Below, in pieces: positions 1 to 12,192 of a stretch of DNA of 64,000 nt. This DNA is from Blastocladiella emersonii ATCC 22665 (taxonomy: Eukaryota; Fungi; Blastocladiomycota), in NCBI GenBank assembly GCA_025594325.1, contig JANHCV010000002.1, positions 2,480,001 through 2,544,000 of the forward strand, given 5' to 3'. Position 1 is the stretch's first letter. Each line of letters begins with the position of its first letter. A program made the translations under genes and the position numbers. A model generated the notes under the pieces. The model did no database searches. It saw only the letters and a program-made list of their open reading frames with translations, and was not told the DNA's origin.

Positions 1-2759
1 GCGCGGCAAAGTCGACAGCCCCAACACCCGCCTCGTCGACGGCGCGGCGGTAGAGGACCTGCATGACGGCCGACTGCTCGGCGCGCGGGAGCGCGTCCCA
101 GCGGTTCGCGACCTGGTCGAGGGCGAGGTTGCGGACGGCCTCGTCGACGTCGGCAATCGAGCCAGCGACGGGCGCCGCGATCATGGCGAGGGGCTCGGGG
201 ATCGTGGTGATGCGGAGGCCGGCGAGCTTGGCGGCAACGAGCGCGGCGAACGCGTCGTCCGTGTTGTGGATCTTCTTGAGCGCCGACTTGCGGATCGCCA
301 CCACACCGCCAAACTGCGACGCGCCGTCGGCCGCCATGAGCGGGAGCGCGACCGAGTCGACGGGCTGGAGCTTGCGGCGGTGGGCGCCGTCAGCGACCTC
401 GACGGCGGCAGCGGCGATCACCTCGGCGTCGGGGTTGATGGCGGCCGCGCGGGCGAGGAGCTTGGGCATGAACTTCTTGGGGCGGGTCGTCGACGGGATC
501 GTCATGACAAAGTCACCCGTGACGAGCTCCGCCGCCTCGCGCGCGAGCTTGCCGCGGACGGCCTTGGCGTCGGCGCCCTTGGTGAACGGCACCGTGACGA
601 CGCCCCAGCCGCGGTTGGCCCAGCGCGCGTCGATGGCGCGGAGCGTCTCGGTGGCGACATCGTTGATGGCCTTGTTCTCGGCGAGCGCCGCGACAATGAG
701 CACCTCGAGCTCGCGGCCCGTGGCGGGCTCGGCCTCGACGGCCTCGACGAGGGGCATGAGGTCCTCGACCGAGTGGCGGGCGAGGTCGTGCACGATGACG
801 AGCGAGAGCTTGGCGTCGTGCACGGCGCGGCCGCACGTGGGCTGGAACTTGTCAATGTCGGCGACGAACCCAGCGTTGTCGGCGTGGCGCTTGGCGAGGG
901 CCGAGGCGAGGCGGACGGGCGCGCGGGCGCCCTGGCGGGTGGCCGCCATGAGGGCGAACGAGAGCTCGTACTGGTCCTTGGCGTCGAACGTCACGAGGTC
1001 GTCGTCGTGCGCGTCCTCGATGTTGAGGTGCGCCGCGGCCGCCGACTCGGACGACATAATGAGCGGGGTGCCGGACATGGCGATCTCGTTGACGAGCGCC
1101 GCCGACGTGTCGGGGGACGCGACCACGGCAACACGACCAGTGTCGGGCATGGTGAGGTAGCTGACGACCTGCTTGGCGTTGAGGGGCGATGCGCGCACGT
1201 CGAGGGCAAAGTGGGTCCACTTGGCGCCGCGCTGGGCGAGGTAGTCCATGGTCGACGACGCGGCCTCGTCGCCGTCCTTGGCCGACGCGACGGGGCCCAT
1301 GAACGTGATGCGGAGCTTCTCGGAGACGGGCTTCTTGTTGAGCACGTCCTCGACCGTCATCTGGTGCAGGTTGTCGAGCGCGTCGCAGAAGGCGGCGAGG
1401 CGGTTCCCGGCGGCGAGGTCGCCGACGTACACGAGCTCCTGGGGCAGGCGCGCGATACGCTCGCCGTCCTCGGACGCGCGCGAGAACGGGTGGCGCAGGG
1501 TGCGGTGGATGCCGGACACGACCACGGGGATGGTGCGAGCCTTGGCCGAGGGCTTGATGCGCTTGGCCTCGGCGCGGCGCAGGTGGTCGGCCGAGAAGAC
1601 GAGCTCGTCGGCGAGCCCGAGCGTGGCGCGGCGGAGGTAGTCCTGGGCGAGCGCCGTGTCGGGCTTGACGTTGGCGGCCGCCTTCTTGTTGGGGGTGTCG
1701 AGGGGCGACGCCGACGAGACGCCGACCACGACGCGCGCCTTGTCGCAGCGCGTGCCGAGGTGCTTGTTGGCTAGGTAGTTGTACCCGGCGTTCGAGTTGG
1801 CGTCAAAGTAGACCACGTCAAAGTCGGCGTCGGCGAGGTGCTCGGCGGTCGCGCGGCTCGCGTCGAGGAGCGCGCCGGCGGCCGTGGCCGAGTGCCGCGC
1901 GGGCGGCGCCGAGACGCGCACGTTGGGCGCGCCCTTGAGCAGGTCCGCGGCGCGCGCCGACGACGAGTACACGGTCACGTCGGCGCCCTGGTACGCCACC
2001 TCGCGCGCGAGGCCGGCGCCGAACTCGGGGTCGATGGCGCCCGACGCCGTGTACGCGTCGATGAACATGGCCACCTTGGTCGCTATGGGTTTGGTGAGGT
2101 GTCAGCGTGTGAACGAGGTGCGGCGACGACGGCCAAAAAGCGTACCAGCATTGGACGGCTTGGGCGCGAGCTTGACGTGGCCGTCAATGTCGACGGTCGT
2201 GGCGCACCGCGGGCCGGCGAACCCGACGTCGCAGTAGCACGCGTTGTTGATGAGCAGGCCGCGGCCGCTGCACTCGCGCGACAGCGGCACGGCGGCGCGG
2301 TCGGGTGATGGGCTCGCGGGAGTCTGAGTGATCGAGGAGGAGGGGAGGAGAGGAAACGCGACGCGGGTCAGCCACCACCACGTGTTCATGTCTCGCACCC
2401 CCGCGACGCGCGTTCCCACGGTCTCGCGTCAGCGGCAACGGAGACGCGCGGCAACGCGACACGACGACGAGAAAGAAACGACGTACCGTGCGAATGCTCT
2501 TGGACCCGCTGAGCGAGAGGTAGAGGGCCGTGCATGCCACGAGCGGGAGCGCAAAGTAGGCGAGCAGCTGCACCTTGGTCGTCGCCTATTCACGTCGAGG
2601 AGGAGTGAGTGGCCAGCACCGATAAGCCAAGGGAAGCCAGTGACGTACGTTGCCCGACTTGGCCGCGTCGTCGCGGGCAGCTGCGCCCGCGTCCTCGTCG
2701 CGCAGCAGCGGCTGCTTCTCTGGCGGCGATCGGCCGGGTGGGGCCGGGGAGGGCGCCAT
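1..2759 (-). CDS. Type II membrane protein: TM anchor, EGF-like module, degenerate GT4-like and GT2-like glycosyltransferase domains (3' end runs off the window start)
   Basis: Hand-spliced exons 2759-2649, 2585-2487, 2323-2146, 2082-<1, with GTACG..YAG introns. Reads MAPSPAPP...VQLLAYFALPLVACTALYLSL (TM), CSGRGLLINNACYCDVGFAGPRC (EGF-like), GT4-like YVGDLAAGNRLAAFCDALD and GT2-like KLSLVIVH...VTGDFVM. Strong C/G third-position bias on the minus strand. Confidence 0.7.
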
Positions 2760-3440
2760 GGTGGTGTGGGAGGGGGCTGAGATGGGAGAGGGAGGGGGAG
2801 GGCTGACCGAAGAAGGTCGAGGGCGAGGGTCGATCAGCGTGCGTTGCGTGGGGGAGGTGAGAGGGCCGAGGGACTGGCTGAGCGCGTAGCGTGGGGGCGG
2901 CAGCGGGCAGCGAGCAAAGCGAGCGCGGGAGGGCCGCGTCGCGCGCCGGTCTTTATGGCGAGAGTGCAGGCGGGGCGGGCAGGCGGGCGGACGCGCGGGC
3001 GGGCGCGGCCGGGCTGGACCTGCTTTGCCGCGCAACAAGCACCACGCGGGAATCGGTGCGCACGGGCGTCCCCCCTGAGCACGGGCGCGCGCCGAGACGC
3101 GGGACGCGGGAGACCCCACGTGCCTTTGCGTCGACGCGAGACGCGTCGCGCGCGCCGCTCGCCTGACCACCACGCGCCGTTCGGGGGACACTTTTGTCTC
3201 CCCGCTTTTCGCTGCTCTCGCAAGCTCGGTCACCTCATCGCAGCGTTCCTCGACCAACACCCTCGCCGCGGTGCCGATCAGCGAGCCAAGCGACCCGCGA
3301 GACCAAAATCTCGCCTAGCAATGGACCACGTGATTCCCCACGCACTCGGCCGGCGCCACACGCTCACCCTCGTCGTCGCGGCCACGGCGATCCGCGTTGA
3401 CCGTGACGCACGACCGTGAACCTGCAACGCATCAACGACC

Positions 3441-3962
3441 ATGAGCAACGAAACCGCCAACGTGTCCGGCCTCGTCTTCTGCCCGGACTGCGGCAACCTG
3501 CTGGATTTCGGGTCGACGGGGTCCGACGTCAAGTGCGACCTGTGCCACCGCCGCGCGCCCGCGTCCGGTTAGTTGTCTGCTTGATTGTGCATGCACCAGG
3601 AGGGGGATCCCTAACGGCCGGCCGACCCGCCGTCTAGCGTTCGAGAACGTCGAGGTGGTGACGCGGTCGCGGCCCGACGCCTTTGCCAACGCCAACCGCG
3701 AGATCTCGCTGTGGAAGTCGCAGATGGGCGTGCGCGCCGAGCAGGCCGCGACGGTACGACGCTGTCGCCGCGCTCTCTGCCCCCTGGACCGTGATGCTGA
3801 CCCCGCCCCCGCCCGGCCCTCGCGCAGATCAACGAAAAGTGCCCGCAGTGCGGCAACCCGGAGATGGAGTTCCACACGATGCAGCTGCGGTCGGCCGACG
3901 AGGGGCAGACCGTCTTCTACACGTGCAAGCAGTGCGGCTACAAGGCCAAGCTCAACTCGTAA
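3441..3962 (+). CDS. RPA12: RNA polymerase I subunit A12.2
   Basis: Three exons. N-terminal zinc ribbon FCPDCGNLL...CDLC and C-terminal TFIIS-like ribbon CPQCGNPEMEFHTMQLRSADEGQTVFYTCKQC. Confidence 0.95.
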
Positions 3963-4059
3963 TCGCCGAAACCCTGTCCAAATACATCTAGCTTTCATGA
4001 CAACCCGGCCCCGGCATTCCTGTGTGTTTGAGACCTGTATGTATGTATACTACTGCTGG

Positions 4060-5088
4060 CTACTGTAGTGACGACGCGCCGCCGGCTTCGCGCCCATTGG
4101 ACGCGGCGACCGCTGCCGCGAGCGACGCGGCCGCCATCGACGCCGCCGCGCCCGTGCGGAGCGCCGCGACCGCGCCCGCCGCGCTATTCCCGGACGGCCT
4201 CGCTGCCGCCGCCGCTCCATTACTCTGCGCCGGCGTCGACGACGAGTAATCGAGCCGCGGCCCACGTCCTGCATTCACCTCGCGCACCGCGTCCGCGGCC
4301 GCCTCGCACGGGAGCCGGAGCGAGCGCCCGCGGTTATGCCGGACCGCGTACATGAAGTAGAGCAGGGTATCCGCTTCTGCCGCGCTTGCCGCCGCCGATG
4401 CCGCGGCGCGTGCGGAGGATGGCGCAGGGGCCGACGCGTGGTAGTGCTTGGTGACGGCCTCGACGAGGTCGGCGCGGACGGCGGCGCGCGCGGGCGAGGG
4501 CGTGGGGCCGTGGACCGAGATGAGCGGCGGTGGTGGTGCGCACGGGTCGTCGGAGATGGTGGGGCCGGAGGGCGGGAGGATCAGGGTCGGGCGGGAGGCG
4601 GGGAGTTTGAAGGTGCGCCGGTACTTGAGCAGCGACGACATGGGCCATTGGTTGAAGTCGACTTTCTACTCGGCGATTGCGGCGGGTCAGCATGAGCGAG
4701 ACGATGATGGGGTGGATGGAGTGCATACCAGCGCAGCGTCCGACAGCGACCCAGCCTTCCCATCGCCCGCCGCGTCCTTGCCGCCCTTACCCGACGGCGG
4801 CGGTGTTGGCGACGGCGTGGCGGCCGCGCGGCCCGTCGTCGTGCTCGTGGCGGGCCCCGATGACACCGCCGCAGCGGCAGCAGCGGCCGCCTGAGCTGCG
4901 AGCCGCGATGCCGCCGACGCCGCAGCCTGGCGGGCGGGACGTCCCGCGGCGCCCGTGGTCTTGCGTCCGGCCGCGGTCGACTTGCCCGCGGCAGCGCCCG
5001 ACGAGCGCTGCGTCGCGGCGAGCGATTTCGCGGTGGCGGCGGAGCCGGTCGCGGTCCCGCCGTTGGACGATGTGGCGGTCCGAGTCAT
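4060..5088 (-). CDS. SAP30: Sin3/HDAC complex subunit SAP30-like
   Basis: Exons 5088-4729 and 4665-4060 (intron GTATGC..TAG). KVDFNQWPMSSLLKYRRTFKL...LVEAVTKHY...EADTLLYFMYAVRH matches the SAP30 Sin3-binding pattern. Confidence 0.8.
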
Positions 5089-5584
5089 GGCGTAGTGCGT
5101 GTATCGGTGGTGTGGTTGGATCGTGCTCAGGGATGCATGGATGTGCGAGCGCGGGTGCGGCTCGCGGTGATCACGGTTCGTTCGTTCGATGAGGAGCAGG
5201 AGGGCGAAGCGATGAAGCGGACTCAGGCGAGCCGGCCGCCCCGGGCGCCGCGGCGGAGAGGTGGAGACAGCGGCTGCACGGCACGTGATTCCCCGTCACG
5301 CGGGCTGGCCGGGCCACGCCGCAAGACGCGCGCCTCGCACCGAGCGCGTCGCGACGCGTCGTCGGTCAGTCACCGTCAGTCACTGCCCTCCTCCATGGAG
5401 TTCGTGTTCGTGTTGTGCAATCATTTATGTGGGGACACTAATAACGGATGGGGGTAGTAGCTGTGGTGGGGGAGGGGAGAAAAATACACTGCGCGAAGCC
5501 GGGAGGAGGGGAATCCGATGATGCGAGAGAGCGAGCCAGCGCTCCCCGTCGACGAGCCGCCCGACTGCTGCTGCTGCTGCTCGT

Positions 5585-6771
5585 CTAGTTGACCACGAGC
5601 GGCGCGACAGGCACCGCGACCACCGGTGCCGCGACCGTCACCGACGTGACGCGCCGCCGCTTGTTCGCGTTGCCGACAACCGCCGCGGGATCGTTCGGGT
5701 GCGCGTGCGCGAGGTGGTACCGGAGCCCGCTGGCCGAGAGGTACCGCTTGGTGCAGGTCGGCACGGGGCACTTGGTCGGGACACGCGGTGCCGCGTTCGC
5801 CGCGGCCGGCGCCGCGGGCGCGCCGACGGACCGTCGCGGGGACATGGGCGGCGTGGGTCCGCGCGGCACCGCCGAGTCGACCGAGTCGCCGTCGACATCG
5901 ACCTCCTCGGTCTCGGACTCGGTCCCCGCGAGACTCTCGAGGTCGTCCTCGTCGGCCGAGTGCTCGGGCGTCAGCAGGCGCGCGCCGGCGGCCAGCGCGA
6001 ACCGGGCCGCGTCATCGTGGTTGAGCGCGCGTTTCCGCGGCGACGTGAGCGTGAGGGGCGCGACAAAGTCGGGGCGCGGGACCGCGGGGAACCGGCCCGT
6101 GGGTGGCGGCGGCGAGGACCCCGTGCCCGACGCGAGGTAGACGGCGCCGTGGTTGCGGATCAGCGGGGTCGCCACAGGCGAGGGCAGCTGGTGGTGCTGG
6201 TGGGCGTCGGCCATGGCGGCCGAGGGCATGACAAGCGCGGGCGGCGACGACGGGACCGCGATAGCCGCCACGCGCTGCTGCTGGTTCTGCTGCTGTTCCT
6301 GCTGTTGCGCGAGGTAGTGCTGCTGGAGCGGTCCGGTGAGCGCGGCCGCGGAGACGCCGGCGTTACCGGCACCGATGGGCTGGAGCTGCGGCGACCGCAG
6401 CGAGCTCAGGGACCCGCCGAGTGACGACGAGGCCGATGAGGGGGAGGGCGCCTGGTGCGACGACTCGTAGTGTTCGAGCAGCTCAAACAGGTTGCGCAGC
6501 TGCACGCCGCAGCAGCAGTAGTCGCGGCAGAAGGCCACCTCGAGGCGGTGCCGCCGGTCAAACTCGTCGTCGGCGGTCGAGATGCTGGGCGTCGGGGATG
6601 TGGTAGCCGCGGACTTGGGGGGATCGAGCAGGTGCCACGCGGCCGGGGTCGCGGTGGTCGCGGAAGCAGAGGAGAACATGGTGGTGGGCCTAGACGTGGA
6701 GAATTGCTGGTCAGCGCGGCGTCCGAGGACAGGTCGGGTCGTGAGCGACAGACGTACATGGACAGGGTCAT
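5585..6771 (-). CDS. SFP1: Sfp1-like C2H2 zinc-finger transcription factor
   Basis: A 14-nt first exon (6771-6758) and intron 6757-6690 give MTLSM|PTTMFSS. Contains the Sfp1-type N-terminal finger LEVAFCRDYCCCGVQLRNLFELLEHYESSH and the C2H2 finger KCPVPTCTKRYLSASGLRYHLAHAH. Confidence 0.8.
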
Positions 6772-8269
6772 GGTGATACTGGATGTGTGGTGGTGATGAC
6801 ACGGGGTGATGGGTAACTGGTCGGTCGTGGTCGGTGGTCGGTGGCCGGCGGTCGTTGAGGTCGACGATGGCGGGCGAGCGAGCGGGTATGCGTCGAGAAG
6901 ATGATGCGTGCAGCTGGGTGGTGGTGATCCAGGACAAGGGGGGGGGGTCAGCCGAGGAAGGATATAGCGGAATCACAGCGGGTAGGGATGGGGGGTGGGA
7001 GAGGAGAGGAAGGCCGGGCGGGAGAGGGTGGGCCGAAGGCAGGCCGGGTTATATAGGCACGGGAGAGGGAGGGCGGAGGGCTGCGGACCGGGCGCGCACA
7101 CACACGGACGGATGGGCGCACGCACTCATAACGATGGAGGAGTGGGGGGTGGGTGGGCCGTGTGGGCGGCGCGGCGCGGCGGCGCCCGTGAAAGCCGCGA
7201 GGAAAAGGAAAGCGGCGCGGCTGGTGGTGGAGGGACGCGGCGGCGCGCGCGCGCGTTTTGTTCACGGCTCGGCTTTCCGCCGGCGTGGCGCTGCCAGCGC
7301 ACCAATCCCGAGCCACTCCCGCTGCACTGCTGCGAGCCGCGTCACGGCGCGTCGCGGCGCGACGAGTGGTGACACGACCGTCGTGAGAGTTTGGGTCACG
7401 GCCGGCGTGAGAAGCCAGCGCACCCGCCCGCCCGCGAGTCGACGAGGACCCGGACCGGGCGATCGCCGGCGGCGGAAGGGTGGCGCCCGCGCATGAACGC
7501 CGCCGCCGCCGCACTGCCGCCGCGCCGCGCGCCGTGTTCGCGGCCAAGCGAGCAAGTGGGCCCACGCGGCGCCGCGCGCATGCACGATCGCGGTGCAAAC
7601 GTGCGTCGGCCTGCAGCTGCCGCGGCCGGCACCAGCTTCGGACCCGCGAGGCCACGATTGCGACGCGCGGTGACGACGACGCGCGATCACGGCGCGACGC
7701 GCGCCGATGAAGGTGGTCGGTCAGTTGGTCGCGCGCGGCGACCGGGGTGGCTCAGCACTACCACCACCTTCAGGGGAACGAATGAACCACCACCACCGCC
7801 ACCGACGCGAGGACCCCTGGCCCTCGATGCAGCCGCCGCTGCCGAGATTGATGAGCGGCGCGTGCGCGCGCGTGCGTGCGGGCGAGGGGCGACGTGACCC
7901 GTCCGGGTCCACGCGCGCGCGTGCAATCGAGGTCACGAACGGGCGCGCGAGATGCGTGGGACCGGCGTGCCGTGGGAACCCGGCCATGAATTGCTTGCCC
8001 GGCGGCGCGGCGCAGCGGTGGACGGGCAGGGCAGGTCGGCGGGCGGCCATGTGGGTGCGCGCGGGCGCGAGGAACGCGTCCCTTCTCCCGCTGGTCGCCG
8101 TGGATGGAGGAGGAATGGGATGGGGGCGAGAGGAAGAGGGATGAACATGAAGACAAGCGTACCGAGTAAGGTCGTCTACAGATGGCGTTCTTGATGGATG
8201 GACACACGGAGAGCGCGGTCGACGCGGACCGGGCGCTCGTCTTGAGGGAGCGAGCGGGGGCGCGGCCGT

Positions 8270-8288
8270 GGGGGGGGGGGGGGGGGGG
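8270..8288. repeat. Poly-G homopolymer (about 19 nt) in the long upstream region of the SFP1-like gene
   Basis: Directly visible G run. Confidence 0.9.
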
Positions 8289-8956
8289 CGCACGGACACC
8301 GACGCGGTGGGGCGGGGCAGACGGGAGCAGGGTGCCAAGTTGCGGAAGCCGTGGTCGACCTGAAGCAGCCCTCGGACGAGGAGGCTCAGCGTTCGAGGAT
8401 ATTTCGGGCCACGCGACGGCTTTCAGCGGCGCTCGTGCTGCTTGGACAGGGTGGCACCGACGGAGGGAAACGTGTAGCCCGCCGGAATGAAATCACGACG
8501 CGACTGAGATGGATGGGGAGAAGGCCGCCGTCGTCGAACGAAGGCCGCAGATCAGGAACCAGGAGGAAGAGTCGACGACGACGGCTGACCGAGCAACGCT
8601 TCTTCATCGTCGTCTTCGCCGAACCCCCCGGCCTGCCGTCGCCGTGCCTCCCCCGCCCTCCCGGCTCGGTGGTCGCGGACGGCTGGCGGCTGCTGCGGAC
8701 ACGCGACGCGCGCACGCGCAGATCTTGGGCCACAGAACTGAGCCGCGCGCGCTGATTGGTCGCCGTCATCAAACTGCATCGGCGGGCCGCAAGCAAACCT
8801 GTTTCAGGGACGCGTGAGCGGCGTGACGCGTCGCAGCTGAGGTGGCAACCCGTGCGGGTGTCGCCGCTGCTGCTGCGCCTCTCATGAACGGGCCTCTTCA
8901 ATGGTCGCTGCGGCGGGAGGAATCAAGTGTATAGCCACCACACCCCACAAGCGCTT

Positions 8957-9835
8957 CTATGAGGGCCGCGCTGAACCACTCCCGGTGATGTCAAAGGTAA
9001 GCGGCGCCCCTGCCCCCCGCGGCGCGGACCCGGCGTCGAGTGGTCGCTGCGGCGGTGGCGCGAGCATGGACCATGGATTGGCGCTCCCGGCCTCATGGTC
9101 GTCGCGGAGGAAGGCAAACGCGTCCGCGGTACCCCCGCTAGCGCCAAAGAACTCGTTGGACAGCTCGTCGAGGAAGTTGTCGCCGAACCCGTCGTCGTTG
9201 AGCGACATGAAGAGCGAGTCGAGGTCGTCGAGACCGCCAACGGATTCAGGTGGTGGTAGTGGCGGTGCCGCGGCTTCGAGCGGTTGTTGGGGTGCGGCGG
9301 GTTGGGGTGCGGCGGGTTGTGAAGCGGCGGGTTGCCCGCCAACGGGCGACGAACTGGTACTCGGGAGCGAAGCGCTCGACGGCCTCACCTTGGCGTCGCG
9401 TTCCCGCGCGGCGTGCGCTTCGGCGAACCGCACCACGGTCGGGTCCGTCCACAGCGGGTCGTCGATCCCGAGCGTCGCCCACAGTTGGTCGGCGTGGCGC
9501 AGCCTACCCTGCTCGAGCTACAGACAGGAGCGCTTGTCAGCTATGCCCGCGAAGGTGCGTAAAGCGCAACGCACCATCAGCCGACTCAACTCACTGGCGA
9601 CCATGTCGGCAATCGACGTGAGCGTCTCCTCCTCGCGATCGAGCTCGTCGAGCACACACGCGCGCAGCAACTTGGCCTGCGTGACGGCTAGCGGCTCCTC
9701 GACGGGCCTGTCGCGGGTGCGCCGAGTGGTTGCGGTCGGGACGCCGCGCGAGGTCGGGTCCGCCGTCGTGCGGCGGCGCTTGGTGACCGGTCGGGCCGCG
9801 GGCGCCGCATTCGATGCTGGTAGTTGATCTGCCAT
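8957..9835 (-). CDS. Small coiled-coil protein with an acidic low-complexity tail; SNAPC5/SNAP19-like
   Basis: Exons 9835-9575 and 9517-8957 (intron GTGCGT..TAG). Spliced segment VLDELDREEETLTSIADMVASELSRLMLEQGRLR resembles the SNAPC5 helix LQELRKEEETLLRLKAALHDQLNRLKVEELAL as recalled. Confidence 0.6.
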
Positions 9836-10032
9836 GGCTCGTTACATGAAGGGTGCTGCTTCTGTCTCGCGAGAGACGGGACGTGAGACGCGTCGTCCGA
9901 TCGACCCGCCTCGACACGGCCCACGTGATTCGAGCGCAAAGCGCGCGCGATGGCGCGACCGAGCCGCCGCCGCCGCGCCCATCAACAACATCCGCCTCCC
10001 TCTCTACGCGCACAGTAGCACGAAACACAACC

Positions 10033-11508
10033 ATGGACATCCCGAAGCTCACGCCGCGCCAGCTCGTGGCCGGCACCGCTCTCCTCTCGTCGGCGGCGAC
10101 CGCGGCCGTCATGCTCGCGACGACGGCGCACCGGCGGCAGCGTCGCCGCGCGCGCCTCCGCTCCGCGCTCGAGGACGAGTGGGACGCACACGCCTCGGAC
10201 GTGGCCCGCACTGCAACCGCCTCCGCCGTCGCCACGCCGATCGCCATCGACGAGTCGCTGGTCCGCGAGCAGCTGGCGCGCCACTACGCGTTCCTGGGCG
10301 ACGCGGGCATGGCCAAGGTGCGCCGCGCGCGCGTCGTGGTCGTGGGCGTCGGCGGCGTTGGCAGCCACGCCGCGCACATGCTCGCGCGCGCGGGCATCGA
10401 CACGATCCGCGTCATCGACTTCGACCAGGTGACGCTGTCGTCGCTCAACCGGCACGCGGTCGCAACGGCGGCCGACGTCGGCACGCCCAAGGTGGCGACC
10501 ATGGCGCGGCGGCTCACGGCGGTCGCGCCGCACGTGCGCATCGACGCCGTGAACCGCCTGTTCGAGGCGGCGGCTGCCGAGGAGCTGCTCCTGTTCCACG
10601 ACGCGGCGACGGGCGAGGTGTCGCACCCCGACTACGTGCTCGACTGCATCGACCACCTGCCGACCAAGGCCGCGCTCATCGCCTTCTGCGTGCAGCGCAA
10701 CATCCCCGTGATCGCCAGCATGGGGTCCGGTGCCAAGGCCGATCCGTCGCGTGTCTTTGTCGCCGATATCGCCGAAACGTCCGAGGACCCGCTCGCGCGC
10801 GCCGTGCGCGGCCTGCTGCGCCGCCAGTACCGCATCGAGTCGGGCGTGTCTGTCGTGTACTCGACGGAGCGCGCGACGCCCGGCCTCGGCCTCATCCAGC
10901 CGGGGATTGGGGGAGCCAACGCCGGGTCCGCCGAAGCCGCCGCCGCTGCCCCCGCCGATGACGCGGCCGAGTTTGCCCCGCTCCCGACGTTCCGCGCATC
11001 GATCCTGCCCGTCCTCGGCCCGCTGCCGGCCCTCTTCGGCAACGCCCTCGCCGCGCACGTCCTGACGCACGTCGCCGGGTGGCCCACGACCCCGCTGCCG
11101 TCGACGCGGCCCAAGTCGCGCGACTACGCCAAGCTCGCGCGCGAGCTCGCCAAGGACCTCGAGACGCACGGCGTCGCGCCCGCCGGCCACGGCGCCGCCC
11201 AGACCCTACTTCACTCCATGGACGTGGCGACTGCCGTCGAGGACGTGTGGGCCATGCGCTCGCCCATCTCGCGCCGCGTCGATAAGCTCGTCCTCGTGCC
11301 GTGGCGCCCCGACCAGCCCGCCGATCTCGCCAACACGGTCGCGGTCACCAAGGAGGAGGCGACGGCGCACTGGCGCGCGTTCGCGGCGGCCCGCGACGCG
11401 GGGACCGTGGCGGGCGGGAAGTGGATCGAGCAGGCGTACCCCGACGCCGAGGTGCGCAAGCGCGTCGAGGCTGGACTCGCGCGGGCTCGTGCGTGGTCGG
11501 CTCTGTGA
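10033..11508 (+). CDS. TCD1: tRNA threonylcarbamoyladenosine dehydratase (ThiF/E1-like, Tcd1/Tcd2 family)
   Basis: Single exon with an N-terminal hydrophobic anchor. Motifs EQLARHYAFLG, VVVVGVGGVGSHAA, DFDQVTLSSLNRH, YVLDCID, SMGSGAKADP, EDPLARAVR and ILPVLGPLPALFG. Confidence 0.92.
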   Translation: MDIPKLTPRQLVAGTALLSSAATAAVMLATTAHRRQRRRARLRSALEDEWDAHASDVARTATASAVATPIAIDESLVREQLARHYAFLGDAGMAKVRRARVVVVGVGGVGSHAAHMLARAGIDTIRVIDFDQVTLSSLNRHAVATAADVGTPKVATMARRLTAVAPHVRIDAVNRLFEAAAAEELLLFHDAATGEVSHPDYVLDCIDHLPTKAALIAFCVQRNIPVIASMGSGAKADPSRVFVADIAETSEDPLARAVRGLLRRQYRIESGVSVVYSTERATPGLGLIQPGIGGANAGSAEAAAAAPADDAAEFAPLPTFRASILPVLGPLPALFGNALAAHVLTHVAGWPTTPLPSTRPKSRDYAKLARELAKDLETHGVAPAGHGAAQTLLHSMDVATAVEDVWAMRSPISRRVDKLVLVPWRPDQPADLANTVAVTKEEATAHWRAFAAARDAGTVAGGKWIEQAYPDAEVRKRVEAGLARARAWSAL

Positions 11509-12059
11509 GCGGTGTGATGTGGTGCATAGAGTATGCTTAGTCTTCCCCCGACGTGATGGTTGAGCGTGATGCCGAGAGGATGGGGTTCTTGGGCGCCGTG
11601 AGGACCCGGATTGAAGCTGATCCAGCATCGCGGCCGCCCCGCGAAAGCGGAAGACGACAGAGGCGGTGGCCATGGCGAGGTCGGCGGCCTGGTCGGCGGC
11701 ATAGGTCACGCAGGCCGAGTGATGCGGAGGTGAAGCTGAGACGGGCCGGAGGTTGAGGCGGTCGCCCGCCCTGTCGCCCGCCCCGCCCCGGCCAACACCC
11801 AACAAGGTCGCCCCGCTCCTCGCCTCCTCTCTCTCTCGACTGCTCAGTTGCGCCTGCGCTGGTACGAACCCGTCGTCCTGACTCGCCGCAACTTGCCCAT
11901 TCCTGCTGCCATGGACTCCTGCATGCATTTGTCGCCTCCCCGCCGCCGTCGCCATGTGGGTGTGGCGTAGGCCGCTGACGAGGATTGCTGTCGGCCCTTC
12001 CTGAGATGCAACCCACCGGCCGTGCATGTCGGCTCCGCTGTCCACGAGTACCGCACGGC

Positions 12060-12060
<1 letters not shown>

Positions 12061-12096
<36 letters not shown>
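12061..12096. repeat. (GCA)12 microsatellite about 100 nt upstream of the aminopeptidase start
   Basis: Directly visible. Confidence 0.95.
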
Positions 12097-12097
<1 letters not shown>

Positions 12098-12192
12098 GAC
12101 ATGGCAGCGGGCGAGGTGCTCGAATCCGCCACCCAGCGACGATCGCTAACCCGACCACCCTCGCACGCAACGTACAGAATAGACCTGCAACC

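Noticed and set aside
63-1774. Long plus-strand ORFs (365 and 502 aa), and similar long antisense or off-frame ORFs over most genes (e.g. 13498-15021, 18462-20453, 50173-52125)
   Set aside because: These are shadows of GC-rich, codon-biased genes on the other strand or frame. They are Arg/Ala/Gly-rich with no motifs, while the overlapping frame has clear family signatures.
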